Shown piece by piece: positions 10,124 through 19,497 of a stretch of 59,580 nucleotides of DNA (position 1 is its first letter; each line of letters begins with the position of its first letter). The translations under genes and the position numbers were made by a program. Source of the DNA: a virus (Duplodnaviria; Caudoviricetes); IMG/VR virus record IMGVR_UViG_3300037785_000020, positions 1 through 59,580 of that record. The stretch is one strand, 5' to 3'. The notes under the pieces were generated by a model. It made no database searches, had not been told where the DNA came from, and was given only the letters and a program-made list of their open reading frames with translations.

Positions 10124-10666
10124 TTATCCTACTAATTTTACTAGGGCTAAGAGGAGTCCTGCTGCGGCTGTGCCACCTAGCACACCGTTACCTAAGGTTT
10201 CTACCATAGCCCTTGCTTTTCGTTCATCCTTACGGGCGTGGTTCTCGTCTAATCGAGTCAGTGCTGCAATGAACACTGTTACACCTACAAGTACAGGGAG
10301 CAATCCTGCTAATACCCATTGTTGGGACACTAATATAGGTACAATACAGACTCCTACAGGGAGGAGGTACTGTTTGGCTATGTTTAATAAATCGTAATCC
10401 TTGACACGATACATGTAGCTCAGTTCGGCGTGAGCTTGGCGGCTTGATCTAAAACCAAACCAGTAAATCGGTGATACTAAGGCTCCTGTTAGCCCCCACC
10501 ACCCAATGTTTAAATAACCTAACGCTGCGCCTAAAACGGCCATAGCAGCAACATAATACCCCTTAGACTCATACCATTGTTTGACTAAGTCGGGGCCATC
10601 TCCTCTGCCGTGCATATAAGAGAAGAACATCGTTACTGGTATTAGAAGATAGACTAGGTATTCCAT
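10124..10666 (-). CDS. Multi-pass membrane protein
   Basis: About 5-6 hydrophobic segments in 180 aa; ends 4 nt before the PAS gene. Confidence 0.7.
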   Translation of the reverse strand: MEYLVYLLIPVTMFFSYMHGRGDGPDLVKQWYESKGYYVAAMAVLGAALGYLNIGWWGLTGALVSPIYWFGFRSSRQAHAELSYMYRVKDYDLLNIAKQYLLPVGVCIVPILVSQQWVLAGLLPVLVGVTVFIAALTRLDENHARKDERKARAMVETLGNGVLGGTAAAGLLLALVKLVG

Positions 10667-10668
10667 AA

Positions 10669-11430
10669 TTAATCCTTCGGGGTATCTGTCGCGCTGCCTA
10701 ACACCCCTACAATAGTTAGGTCATCACCCGCCCCTCTGTTCTGCCCAAAGGTGTATTTGCCACCTTCTAAATATAAAATGGGGGTGCTGCCCGTGGGTGT
10801 GCTACCGTCTGCACCTAAATCAACAGGTTTCCCGCTAGTGTCAATAAATTTACGGCGGTTCGATGTGCTGGATATGTCAAGGAGGTTTTGATCCCACCAG
10901 TAATTAAACATGCTACCATTAAAGATTGCAGCATTGGACCCGTTTGCACCGATGCGGAAATCATCACTGTCGTGGCTTATTACGTCGCTTCGCCACACAT
11001 CCCTAACCAAAGTGGGTTGTGTTTCCACTAAAGTCCCAGCGTTACTATGACTTATATAACAATCATCAAAGGTATCTGGGTCGGTTGCGTACAGGACATG
11101 ATACCAACGGCCTGTGGTGTATAATGTGCTAAAGTTGGCTATGTAATGTCTCGCGCTCACCTGTGACCCTAACTGGTCGAGGAATATGAACTCCAATCTG
11201 TCTGTACCGGAGTTATAAGCTACCTCGTGATCCGATGTCAAAGAGGAGTTGCCTGTGAATATAGCAAAGCTACTAGCAAAGCTACTAAACTTAACCCAGA
11301 AAGACATTGTAGTCCCTGTATAGGACGTAACCAAGTTTGACCCTAAGCTCCCAGTTAAATAAGTTGTGCTACCATCAAACAGCACAGGGAAGTCTTGACT
11401 AGGAGGGGGTGTAATTGGGGTCAAACTCAT
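10669..11430 (-). CDS. LamG / concanavalin-like tail or receptor-binding protein
   Basis: FDGSTTYL, TMSFWVK, GRWYHV, IGA..FNGSM motifs. Confidence 0.7.
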   Translation of the reverse strand: MSLTPITPPPSQDFPVLFDGSTTYLTGSLGSNLVTSYTGTTMSFWVKFSSFASSFAIFTGNSSLTSDHEVAYNSGTDRLEFIFLDQLGSQVSARHYIANFSTLYTTGRWYHVLYATDPDTFDDCYISHSNAGTLVETQPTLVRDVWRSDVISHDSDDFRIGANGSNAAIFNGSMFNYWWDQNLLDISSTSNRRKFIDTSGKPVDLGADGSTPTGSTPILYLEGGKYTFGQNRGAGDDLTIVGVLGSATDTPKD

Positions 11431-11431
11431 G

Positions 11432-12499
11432 CTACTGCAACCGGACGATGTTTAGGTATGAGAAGGAGTTACACACAGTAATGTAGCAGAGGAAGTCGTC
11501 ACCATTGGTAGTGGTGAAAGCGCCGTCTACTTTGGTAAAACCAGAGGTTGTGATAGCCCCTGCGCTGGCATTATTAGTATATTGAATCACCATAGTACAG
11601 CTAGATGCGGGTGGGGCTAGAGTGTGTGCTCCGCCATTAACTGCGTACTGTTGGTTGCCATCTGCGGGGTCTGGGGTGTAGGTGCCACTAGATTTAGTAC
11701 CTGCGTTGTGGTCAGTGACGTTAAAACCTGCTGTCAGTGTGTCTGCTGTGTCAGCAAACAAGGTATCTGCATCATAAGCCTGTACGTCTGAGCCGATAGC
11801 TACACCTAAGTTAGTTCTTGCGGTAGCAGCATTGGCTAGGTCTGATAGGTTATTGGTGGTTAAGACTACAGTGTTAGTAGCCACCGAGCTATCTACAGCG
11901 TCACCGTCGGCGTTCCACTGAATAAGGTTACCATTAGTGCCCGCTGTACCGGAGACTAGAGTAACATCAGAGCCGGTTGTACCTGTGTGGGTTACACCGT
12001 CAAAGACAAAGTTTGCAGAAGCAGTTAATTGGCCTGCAATCGTCACACCACCAGCGAAGGATACACCTGTGCCAGCACCACCACCTGCGGTTATAACATT
12101 TGTACCACCAGAGTTCTTAATGATAACCCCGGCTGAGCCTGTTGCCTGTACATCGGTAGTTAATACATCAGTAAAAGTGCCGCCAGTAAGAGTTGCATCA
12201 CCACCTGTGATAGTAACTGCGCTAGCATCCTGTGTAGCAATACTACCTAGGCCTAGAGCAGTTCTTGCACCACCTTCGGTTGTGGCGTTGGTACCACCAT
12301 TAGCAATAGGTAACGTACCTGTTACTGAGGTGGTTAAATTAATCTGGGGGCCTTCACCTGAGGTGCCATCATGGCTGTGCCCGGTAGAAGAGTTAAACGC
12401 AGCTTCTAATTGGTTAAACTCAGCGTTAAGGTCGGAAGCCTCGATGGTAAGACCATCTTGGATACCTGCGGCTGACTGACGGGTATATGACGAGCCCAT
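11432..12499 (-). CDS. Tail fibre protein
   Basis: YTRQS..I.DG..I.ASDLN.EFNQL..AF...GH.HDG N-terminal anchor; GTLPIANGGT and NNLSDL..AATARTNLG fibre repeats. Confidence 0.85.
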   Translation of the reverse strand: MGSSYTRQSAAGIQDGLTIEASDLNAEFNQLEAAFNSSTGHSHDGTSGEGPQINLTTSVTGTLPIANGGTNATTEGGARTALGLGSIATQDASAVTITGGDATLTGGTFTDVLTTDVQATGSAGVIIKNSGGTNVITAGGGAGTGVSFAGGVTIAGQLTASANFVFDGVTHTGTTGSDVTLVSGTAGTNGNLIQWNADGDAVDSSVATNTVVLTTNNLSDLANAATARTNLGVAIGSDVQAYDADTLFADTADTLTAGFNVTDHNAGTKSSGTYTPDPADGNQQYAVNGGAHTLAPPASSCTMVIQYTNNASAGAITTSGFTKVDGAFTTTNGDDFLCYITVCNSFSYLNIVRLQ

Positions 12500-12502
12500 G
12501 TG

Positions 12503-14038
12503 TTATCTCCTCGCTTTCTGCGCTATAGTGATGTCTAATGTGTCTATTCTATGTGGGGGGTTAGAGTCCTCCCCAGATATTCTGAATTGTGCTGTGAATC
12601 CTGAACCAATAAGGTTCTCTTTAAACACAGGAAAGGTAACTGAGCTGTAGGTAGCTGTGCCATAGGTTGAGCCTGAACCACCATAGGTAAATACACCAGC
12701 ATCAGTGGTTAAATTAACACAAGGCGGTTGTAGTACACCTGAGGCAGAGAAATCATACTTCACACATAATTGTGCGTTCATCGCCCCGCTTACCTGAGTA
12801 AACACATCTACCTTTTGTAGAACTTTTCTAAGGGTAGCGTTACCGAAGGTCATATAAGGGCTATGCCAAGCGTAGGCAATGTCTGTACCGTCGAAGCTGT
12901 TACCTTGCTCAAACTTGTAAACATAGCCATCATCAGCATCAGCAAAGTAGGCACCATTAGATACACAACATGTACCTGCGGCACTCACTCGCATACCTTG
13001 TAACTTAGCCCACTCGTAGATGCCTTTGGGGTCAATCGGAGTATCAGTTAATTTACCTAAGAAGTTGACAGTATCCTCAGCAGGGGTATTACTGTCGAAG
13101 AAGAAGCAACGATACTGGTTTTTATCAGGAATAAGTACAGAGGAGTAATCGTCTTCATCCAAACTGATCTTAGGAGTAAGAATACTCTGAATACCTGAGG
13201 ACACATTACCCAGCTCTAAATCGTTAAATCGCTCAGTTTTAGCCAGAGAACGAAATCCGGTAGGTGAGAGATAAATAATATCCCCGCCGAGTTCCTGAAT
13301 TGTGTCGTGGCTAACACAGCCAATGTCTGTGGTAATATCCTGAATCTGGAAATTGCTGGCAGTGTCGCCTACAAGCTTATGGATAGAGCCTGAGCAGAAG
13401 ATGTATAATTCACCACGGAAAGTAGCCAACCCTCTAATAGTACCGTCCACACGAATCTCAATAGCACCGTCCTGACCGTCAAAGTTCTCATCATCTGCGG
13501 GGGCAGAGAGTACAAAACTAGAGGAGGTGGAACCGGGGGCTAAGACTAGTCTGTTTTTGAAGGTGGTAGCGTACTTTGGAGCCGTCGGCGCACCCGCACC
13601 ATTAAGGTGTACATAATTAGAACCGTCATACTTACCTGCCGGGTTTACACCATCGGTGATGACAATGGCGGGCTCAGTGATGTTGTAACTCTTAATACGA
13701 GCCTTGGTAGGTGAGCCAGTCCTAGCTGTAGTATTTAGTATAGAACCCCAGCTTGTACCAGTACCATAGTAAAGGGCGTTATCTGTGCCAGTTTTACGGA
13801 TAACAAACACACCACCTAAGGCGGGTTGTACCGCTAGGATATTACCTGTACCCGGTACTTGGGTAGAGCTAAACTTGGCGTAGCCCTTAATTCTTTGATA
13901 GCCACCATCTACAGAGGGCTCATAGTTGAACAGCTCAATAGCCGCACCGGGGAATTGCGTACCTAGGACTTGCCGTTCTATGTCTAATCTCAACCCGCCA
14001 CGGCAAATTACAGGTTGGTTATTCCAGCGATCAGGCAT
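12503..14038 (-). CDS. Tail tubular protein B / nozzle
   Basis: 511-aa beta-propeller-like sequence, GCVSHDTIQELGGDIIYL motif, position after the adaptor. Confidence 0.75.
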   Translation of the reverse strand: MPDRWNNQPVICRGGLRLDIERQVLGTQFPGAAIELFNYEPSVDGGYQRIKGYAKFSSTQVPGTGNILAVQPALGGVFVIRKTGTDNALYYGTGTSWGSILNTTARTGSPTKARIKSYNITEPAIVITDGVNPAGKYDGSNYVHLNGAGAPTAPKYATTFKNRLVLAPGSTSSSFVLSAPADDENFDGQDGAIEIRVDGTIRGLATFRGELYIFCSGSIHKLVGDTASNFQIQDITTDIGCVSHDTIQELGGDIIYLSPTGFRSLAKTERFNDLELGNVSSGIQSILTPKISLDEDDYSSVLIPDKNQYRCFFFDSNTPAEDTVNFLGKLTDTPIDPKGIYEWAKLQGMRVSAAGTCCVSNGAYFADADDGYVYKFEQGNSFDGTDIAYAWHSPYMTFGNATLRKVLQKVDVFTQVSGAMNAQLCVKYDFSASGVLQPPCVNLTTDAGVFTYGGSGSTYGTATYSSVTFPVFKENLIGSGFTAQFRISGEDSNPPHRIDTLDITIAQKARR

Positions 14039-14937
14039 TAGCTATGTTGCATGTAAATAGGTTTATGGATAAGGATACGGCGAAGTTTATTCGCATTATC
14101 TTTGTAGCGGTCTTGTGCGTAGTCTGCCTGCTCCAGATTATCACGGAACATATAGGCATAGTGTAATGTCTTATCTACGACCAACTGTACAAACTTGTCG
14201 GGTACAGCCAAAGTATCGTCGTAAGCAGACAAAGCGTTAGGAATAAGGAAACCTTCATATACAATCGGGTAGACTCGGTCTGGTTTAGGTGTGATTAGGA
14301 AAGAGTTATCAGAGCGGCGAACAACTCGTTCCGGTTTTTCATAATTCTCTGGGTTAACAGTATTTCTGTCTTTTTCTAGGTAACCCTTTTGACGATACTG
14401 ATCCCAGCCCATAAATTCTAGGTATTCTTCGTCGAAAGGTGGGTAACAATAGATAGTACCTGTGGCGGGGCTGGTAGTAGAAGAATCCACAGAATACGTA
14501 AATTCCGTAGTTGAGTTAACTGTAACTGAGTGCTCCCCATTGTAAGCAGCTTGGTCTGCACCATAGATAGAAACCGTATCGCCTGTGACTAGGTAATGAT
14601 TACTAGATGTGGTAACTGTAGCAGTGCCACCAGCCTGTGTAATACTAGATACAGTAACTTGGGGCTTCTGGATTCGGAATGATTCCCAATCTGCTGTGGT
14701 GACAGAAGAATCTAAGGTGTAGGTTTGCGTACCCGCAGCAGTATCTACAGAGACTTCAGCCCACGCAAAAGGCCATTCATTATTCTCCTCAGTATAAAGG
14801 TCGAATATAGCTCTGTTAACGGAGTCTCTCACATGTGCATGAAAACCTGTGGAAGAGGAGAAGTTTGACGAAGTAAGTTCTACTTCGTTTAGTGCTTTAA
14901 GAACTTCGTTAACAACTGAAAGATAAGTAGTAGCCAT
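14038..14937 (-). CDS. Tail tubular protein A / head-tail adaptor with inserted beta domain
   Basis: TYLSVVNEVL..LNEV N-terminus, WPF and P.PD..Y motifs; ~68-aa S/T-rich insertion. Confidence 0.75.
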   Translation of the reverse strand: MATTYLSVVNEVLKALNEVELTSSNFSSSTGFHAHVRDSVNRAIFDLYTEENNEWPFAWAEVSVDTAAGTQTYTLDSSVTTADWESFRIQKPQVTVSSITQAGGTATVTTSSNHYLVTGDTVSIYGADQAAYNGEHSVTVNSTTEFTYSVDSSTTSPATGTIYCYPPFDEEYLEFMGWDQYRQKGYLEKDRNTVNPENYEKPERVVRRSDNSFLITPKPDRVYPIVYEGFLIPNALSAYDDTLAVPDKFVQLVVDKTLHYAYMFRDNLEQADYAQDRYKDNANKLRRILIHKPIYMQHS

Positions 14938-14950
14938 ATCAACCTTTATA

Positions 14951-14980
14951 CAAAGGAGGGGGACATAAAGCCCCCACTCC
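14951..14980 (-). terminator. Hairpin/terminator after the capsid genes
   Basis: GGAGTGGGGGC-TTTAT-GTCCCCCTCC-TTTG on the minus strand. Confidence 0.6.
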
Positions 14981-14990
14981 AGAGTTTAGT

Positions 14991-15473
14991 TTACAGAGTG
15001 ATGGTGTCCATCGGAGCATTACGCGCCGTGTCGTGCATCTTGAATACGAAGCGAATCGTACCAGTAGCAGAACCATCAGTGATTTTGTCACCAGTCAGCT
15101 TGAGATACACAGTATCCGAAGCAGAGATAACTTGACCACCTGTAAAGGTTTGTTTTGCGATGGTGTGGTTAGTACCAGCAGCTTCAGTGGTAGCAGCGGC
15201 AACGAACTCGTCGTCATCAGTACCATCACCTACGTCGATTTGCTGGGAAGAACCGCTGTCAAGATCAAGCGCCGTAGCGTTCTCTACTTGCAGAAGCTTA
15301 AAGAAGCTATCAGCAGGTACAGTAACCACAGCGAATTGATCGCCAGTAGTAGCCGTGGAGTTATTAGTCAACGCATCGGCAATGTTAATCTCATGTGTGA
15401 AGATGTCGTTACCTACGTGACCATGATAACCAGCAACGGTACCACCAGCGCGTGTGTTAGTAAAAGTAGCCAT
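14991..15473 (-). CDS. Probable head decoration / minor capsid protein
   Basis: Directly after MCP; IDVGDGTDDDEFV motif, beta-rich. Confidence 0.65.
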   Translation of the reverse strand: MATFTNTRAGGTVAGYHGHVGNDIFTHEINIADALTNNSTATTGDQFAVVTVPADSFFKLLQVENATALDLDSGSSQQIDVGDGTDDDEFVAAATTEAAGTNHTIAKQTFTGGQVISASDTVYLKLTGDKITDGSATGTIRFVFKMHDTARNAPMDTITL

Positions 15474-15492
15474 AATATAATTCTCCTATAGC

Positions 15493-16407
15493 TTAAGACG
15501 TTGCAATGTCAGTAATCATAGCAGCCAGTGCAGTCGGGCGCAGAACCTTACGACCCCAGATAGCCAGACCAGAGAACTGTTGGGCGAATTGGCCTTCCAG
15601 ATCATCTACTTTGGACTTAACGAGAGTGTGAGCTGCTGCGGTAGCCGATTTGTGGCCAGCCAGAAGAACTGCTTTGCTGGTGTCAGTTACAGCGTTGTTA
15701 GTGATGTAGACATCTACACCGTTCAGCATACGTCCGAAGAACTGCGGAGGACGCATTAGCGGAGACTCAGAGGTGCCCATAACGGAAGCGTCGATGAACT
15801 TAGAGTCTTCTTTCTTCAGAAGTTGCAGGAAGCGCGGGTTAGCTACGAAGAAGATTTCGTCCATAGGAACGTCATCAATCATCAGAGTAGTTACCAACTC
15901 GTCAATAGCTTCAAGCGGAGTGAAGTCATCGGAGCTGGTGTCGTAACCGATTGCTTTCGGAGCACCAGTGGTACCAATAACGTTACCGCTGTCAACACCT
16001 GCGTACATTGCATCCAGTACGTTGGTTTCAAAGCGTTGTGCCAGTTTATAGGCAGCGCGGTCAACCAGCATACCTTCGTAATCTACGTGGGATTGCTGAA
16101 CTTCGATGTCTTCCAGACGGAAGCTGTAAGCTGCATCTTGGTCAACGGTGAGGGTGATTTCCTCGTCGATGATGTCTTGTGGTACAAGCTTCTTACCACG
16201 TGCGTAGTCTTGCAGCGTGATGTCTGGTTCTTTAATAATATGTACGGTGTCACCGAATTTCTGAATTTCACCGTAGTAGTCAGTAGTTACAACTTCGTTA
16301 ATAAACGTCTTCCGGCGGAAACCGAGCTGGACCTGTGCGGAATAAATCTCGGGTACAAATACACCGTTTGGAAGATTGTTATAACCAGATGTGCTAGCGT
16401 AAGCCAT
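15493..16407 (-). CDS. Major capsid protein
   Basis: LPNG.FVPEIYS, DY.GEI..FGDTVHIIKEP, GL.IWGRKVLRP.AL motifs. Confidence 0.92.
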   Translation of the reverse strand: MAYASTSGYNNLPNGVFVPEIYSAQVQLGFRRKTFINEVVTTDYYGEIQKFGDTVHIIKEPDITLQDYARGKKLVPQDIIDEEITLTVDQDAAYSFRLEDIEVQQSHVDYEGMLVDRAAYKLAQRFETNVLDAMYAGVDSGNVIGTTGAPKAIGYDTSSDDFTPLEAIDELVTTLMIDDVPMDEIFFVANPRFLQLLKKEDSKFIDASVMGTSESPLMRPPQFFGRMLNGVDVYITNNAVTDTSKAVLLAGHKSATAAAHTLVKSKVDDLEGQFAQQFSGLAIWGRKVLRPTALAAMITDIATS

Positions 16408-16427
16408 AGTTATAATCCTTTAGTTAA

Positions 16428-17342
16428 TTATCTGTTAAAATCAATTTTGTCTTCAGCTTTAGCTTTTTCATACCAAGCAACATACTCTTCCAGCTTCTTA
16501 CCACCTCGCTTCGTTAATTCAGCCATCTTGGCGCGAATCTCGGACATAGGGGTTTTCGGTGGGGTTGTAGTTGCAGCCTTTGTAGGTGATTTGGTGTCTA
16601 CTGCGGCTGAAGCATCCAGTTTTTTCTCTTTATCTGACTTGATACCGCGTTCTAACTTGTAATAATCCAAACACCGTGCAATCTCAGCTACACTGGAGTT
16701 GTTTGAAATAAGTCTTTGAACGCCTTGAGGTTGCGATTGGTACCACTGAATAAAATCAGGGTCGTGCTCTAACTTCTCAAAGTCAGGATGAAGTTTGCGT
16801 AATTGCTCTTTTGCAGTGAGTTCCTTACTTTTACCAAGTTCCGCCTTCAATGCCTGAAGTTCATCATACAGAGGGGCGGATAACTCTTCGTAAATTTGCA
16901 TTGCCCGTTGCTGAGCAATCTTATCTACGTTGGGGAAGTCTGTTGCCAGAGAATTAAACTCTTCTTCGGAAAGCGGCGCCTTTGGTTTTGGTTTATTGAG
17001 CTCTCGGACTAATTTTTCCAACTCCATGTTTTGTTGCATGGTCTGGTCTAACTGTGCCTTAAGGTCGTTATACCGCTTATCAGAGTATGACTGGAGGTCT
17101 TGACGCCGTTTACGTTCTTTCTCCAATTCGGAGGCTAGATCGTCTTGTTCAGGAGCCTTGGTAGGAGTATCTTCCGGGGTATCCTGTGTTTCTTGGTTAG
17201 CTTCAGTATCCGTAGGCTGTTGACCAGCTTGTTTTTTCATCTCTTCGATTCGCTGTTCAAGCTCCTCGGGAGTTGCTTTTAACGGGTTGAAACTGGGGCG
17301 TACCTTAGCGTCGTCAGGTACTTGTTGTGCATCTGTGCTCAT
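16428..17342 (-). CDS. Capsid scaffolding protein
   Basis: Acidic coiled coil, KRY.DL and LHPDF......F..W...QP motifs, immediately upstream of MCP. Confidence 0.85.
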   Translation of the reverse strand: MSTDAQQVPDDAKVRPSFNPLKATPEELEQRIEEMKKQAGQQPTDTEANQETQDTPEDTPTKAPEQDDLASELEKERKRRQDLQSYSDKRYNDLKAQLDQTMQQNMELEKLVRELNKPKPKAPLSEEEFNSLATDFPNVDKIAQQRAMQIYEELSAPLYDELQALKAELGKSKELTAKEQLRKLHPDFEKLEHDPDFIQWYQSQPQGVQRLISNNSSVAEIARCLDYYKLERGIKSDKEKKLDASAAVDTKSPTKAATTTPPKTPMSEIRAKMAELTKRGGKKLEEYVAWYEKAKAEDKIDFNR

Positions 17343-17415
17343 TGTTTATCCTTTGGGGTTTCTGTTATAGAAGTATCCCAGACTATCAGGGGCCGATTAC
17401 TCGGGTAGCCTAGAA

Positions 17416-17868
17416 TTAGGTAATGGCTGGCTGCATGATACCACCACTCTGTGCTGGGGGTTGCCCTGCTGGGGCGGCTGGCGCAGCTTGTGCCATATTC
17501 GGTTGGGGAGGTGCCATCTGCTCTTGTGGGACGTCTTGTACTACCACAGTCTTGGAGGGATCGGCATACCTCATGAAATACTCACCCACTTCGGGGCCGT
17601 TAATAATCCCAATAGCAGTTGCAAACTCGGGGGTTACTGCGTACTGAGATAGAAATTCTTTTGCTTCATCTGGGAGGCTGTTCAGGTGTGCTTCAAGATT
17701 CTCGAGGATGTCTTCTTTATACTCCTCTTCGTCAACACCACCATCATCAGGGATCATCATACCACCTGAAGAGGGTTCTTCCATAGACGGCTCCATGATT
17801 GACCCACCTTCAGACGGCATTGCGCCTTCTTGTACTACTTCTTCTTCGGAAATGTTCATTAAAGCCAT
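17416..17868 (-). CDS. Hypothetical acidic/Pro-rich protein
   Basis: 150-aa ORF with AGGA RBS in the head operon. Confidence 0.6.
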   Translation of the reverse strand: MALMNISEEEVVQEGAMPSEGGSIMEPSMEEPSSGGMMIPDDGGVDEEEYKEDILENLEAHLNSLPDEAKEFLSQYAVTPEFATAIGIINGPEVGEYFMRYADPSKTVVVQDVPQEQMAPPQPNMAQAAPAAPAGQPPAQSGGIMQPAIT

Positions 17869-17877
17869 TGTATGTTC

Positions 17878-19218
17878 CTACATCATAGGTTTAAGTTGTT
17901 CTTTTTGCTCAGGTGTCATATTAGCCAAACCCTGAAATATAGTCTTACCAAGCCCTGAGGTTGGTTGTGTGTTAACCTGCCCACCTGTACGCCCACCTAA
18001 GGCTCCTGTAGAGGATTGCGGGGCTATTTTGGGTTGTACTTGTTGGTTTTTTGCAGCGGCACCAGTAGCGTTAGGCATAGATTTTGCTTTACGCTGAGCT
18101 TCCAGCTCTAGTTTACGCTGCATGAAATCGTCCCAGTTTGTATTCTGTCTACCTGCGACCATCGGAGTAGGTGTGCCCATTTGCTGTTGCTGGGTAGCTG
18201 CGGAACTGCCGTGAATATTCTGGTAGGCACCGAGCACTTTATTCGGGTCGATGTTGAGTTTACCGGCAAGTTCTGCCAGCTTCTCTGGTGTGTTACCACT
18301 AGTGAAGTCTGTAGTAGCCAGTGCATTACGCTGGTCTTGGCTGAGGCGTTCACCGAATCTCTCTGTGAAATCATCAAAGAACCCGTTGAGGAACTCTCCT
18401 TCACTCTTAAAGTTCTTGACTCGCTGGTCAAAGTCTTTTACTTCTCTGTCAGGGGCGTTACTACCATAAGAGAAGCCTAAACCTCTCAGGTTATCGGCTG
18501 TTATACCTACACCCTGCTCTTTCTCACCGAACACACCTAAGCCTGAGGTAATACTACCTAAGAGGTTGGCATAACCTTTGGATAGTTTGTCGTTACGATC
18601 AGAGAATTTCCCTTCCATATAACCAGTATCTAGGATGTTGGCATTAGAGAAGTCAAATGAGGCTGTGTGGCGCTTGGAGCTTGGTTTTTTATTGCCAAAC
18701 ATTGAACCAATACCACCACCTATAAAAGAGCCTAGTGCTGTTCCTACGAACGGGATAGGTATAAAGGAGCCTGCGATACCACCTATAGCAGAGCCTACAT
18801 TGGTTCCTGTACCACCACCAAATACTGCATTGGCTGCTAAACCTCCCGCTACACCACCTGCTATGTTGGCTGGGCTAAAATTAGTGCTTAGGCCACCTTC
18901 CACACCTGTCCCGGCAGGCGCGGGGCCTACAAAACCGGGGGTAGGAGGTCCCTGCAAAGGCACAACATTACCTACACCTAGTACAGATTGCCCGAAATTA
19001 TCTACTGCGTTGGCAACACCTGTGGGAAGTACCGTAGGGTTGTTACTGGTCAAACCTTTATATAATGTCTTCCCGGTCTGGGCTATATCTACAGGGTCAC
19101 TGGCAGGCTGTGCTAACTGGGGTGCGTTTACCTGAGGAGGGGGTTGCATATTATATCCACCACCGATCTGTACTGAAGGTGTTGTAACCCATTGGCCGTC
19201 TACTTGCATAACAGTCAT
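17878..19218 (-). CDS. Gly-rich probable internal virion / DNA-pilot protein
   Basis: Glycine-zipper hydrophobic segment (GSAIGGIAGSFIPIPFVGTALGSFIGG). Confidence 0.55.
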   Translation of the reverse strand: MTVMQVDGQWVTTPSVQIGGGYNMQPPPQVNAPQLAQPASDPVDIAQTGKTLYKGLTSNNPTVLPTGVANAVDNFGQSVLGVGNVVPLQGPPTPGFVGPAPAGTGVEGGLSTNFSPANIAGGVAGGLAANAVFGGGTGTNVGSAIGGIAGSFIPIPFVGTALGSFIGGGIGSMFGNKKPSSKRHTASFDFSNANILDTGYMEGKFSDRNDKLSKGYANLLGSITSGLGVFGEKEQGVGITADNLRGLGFSYGSNAPDREVKDFDQRVKNFKSEGEFLNGFFDDFTERFGERLSQDQRNALATTDFTSGNTPEKLAELAGKLNIDPNKVLGAYQNIHGSSAATQQQQMGTPTPMVAGRQNTNWDDFMQRKLELEAQRKAKSMPNATGAAAKNQQVQPKIAPQSSTGALGGRTGGQVNTQPTSGLGKTIFQGLANMTPEQKEQLKPMM

Positions 19219-19269
19219 AATGTTAACTATACTTTCCGTTATCGGGGTTTTTGGATACTATACTTTGCA

Positions 19270-19497
19270 TTAAGCTCTGCCTTTGAGGGCGGCTTCAATG
19301 TCTTTGGTGAGGTTACTGAGCTGGTGAACCGCTTTGATTTGGCCCGAAGCTTTCAGGATTTCCAACTCCGATGTTGCCGCCGCCTGATCCCGATTGATCT
19401 TGTGGGTTAACACCTCCAGTGCTCGGTTGAGAGCCACCTTGACCTCCTCCCGGCATAGGATTTCCATTGGCTTGGCCTGTTCCTTGGTTAATAGCAT
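19270..19497 (-). CDS. Small protein overlapping the portal 3' end
   Basis: RBS GGAAAGGTG before ATG; helical EI.KASGQIKAV..L motif typical of post-portal genes. Confidence 0.65.
   Translation of the reverse strand: MLLTKEQAKPMEILCREEVKVALNRALEVLTHKINRDQAAATSELEILKASGQIKAVHQLSNLTKDIEAALKGRA

Noticed and set aside
15823-16662. 279-aa plus-strand ORF
   Set aside because: Antisense shadow of the capsid and scaffold genes; no motifs or RBS
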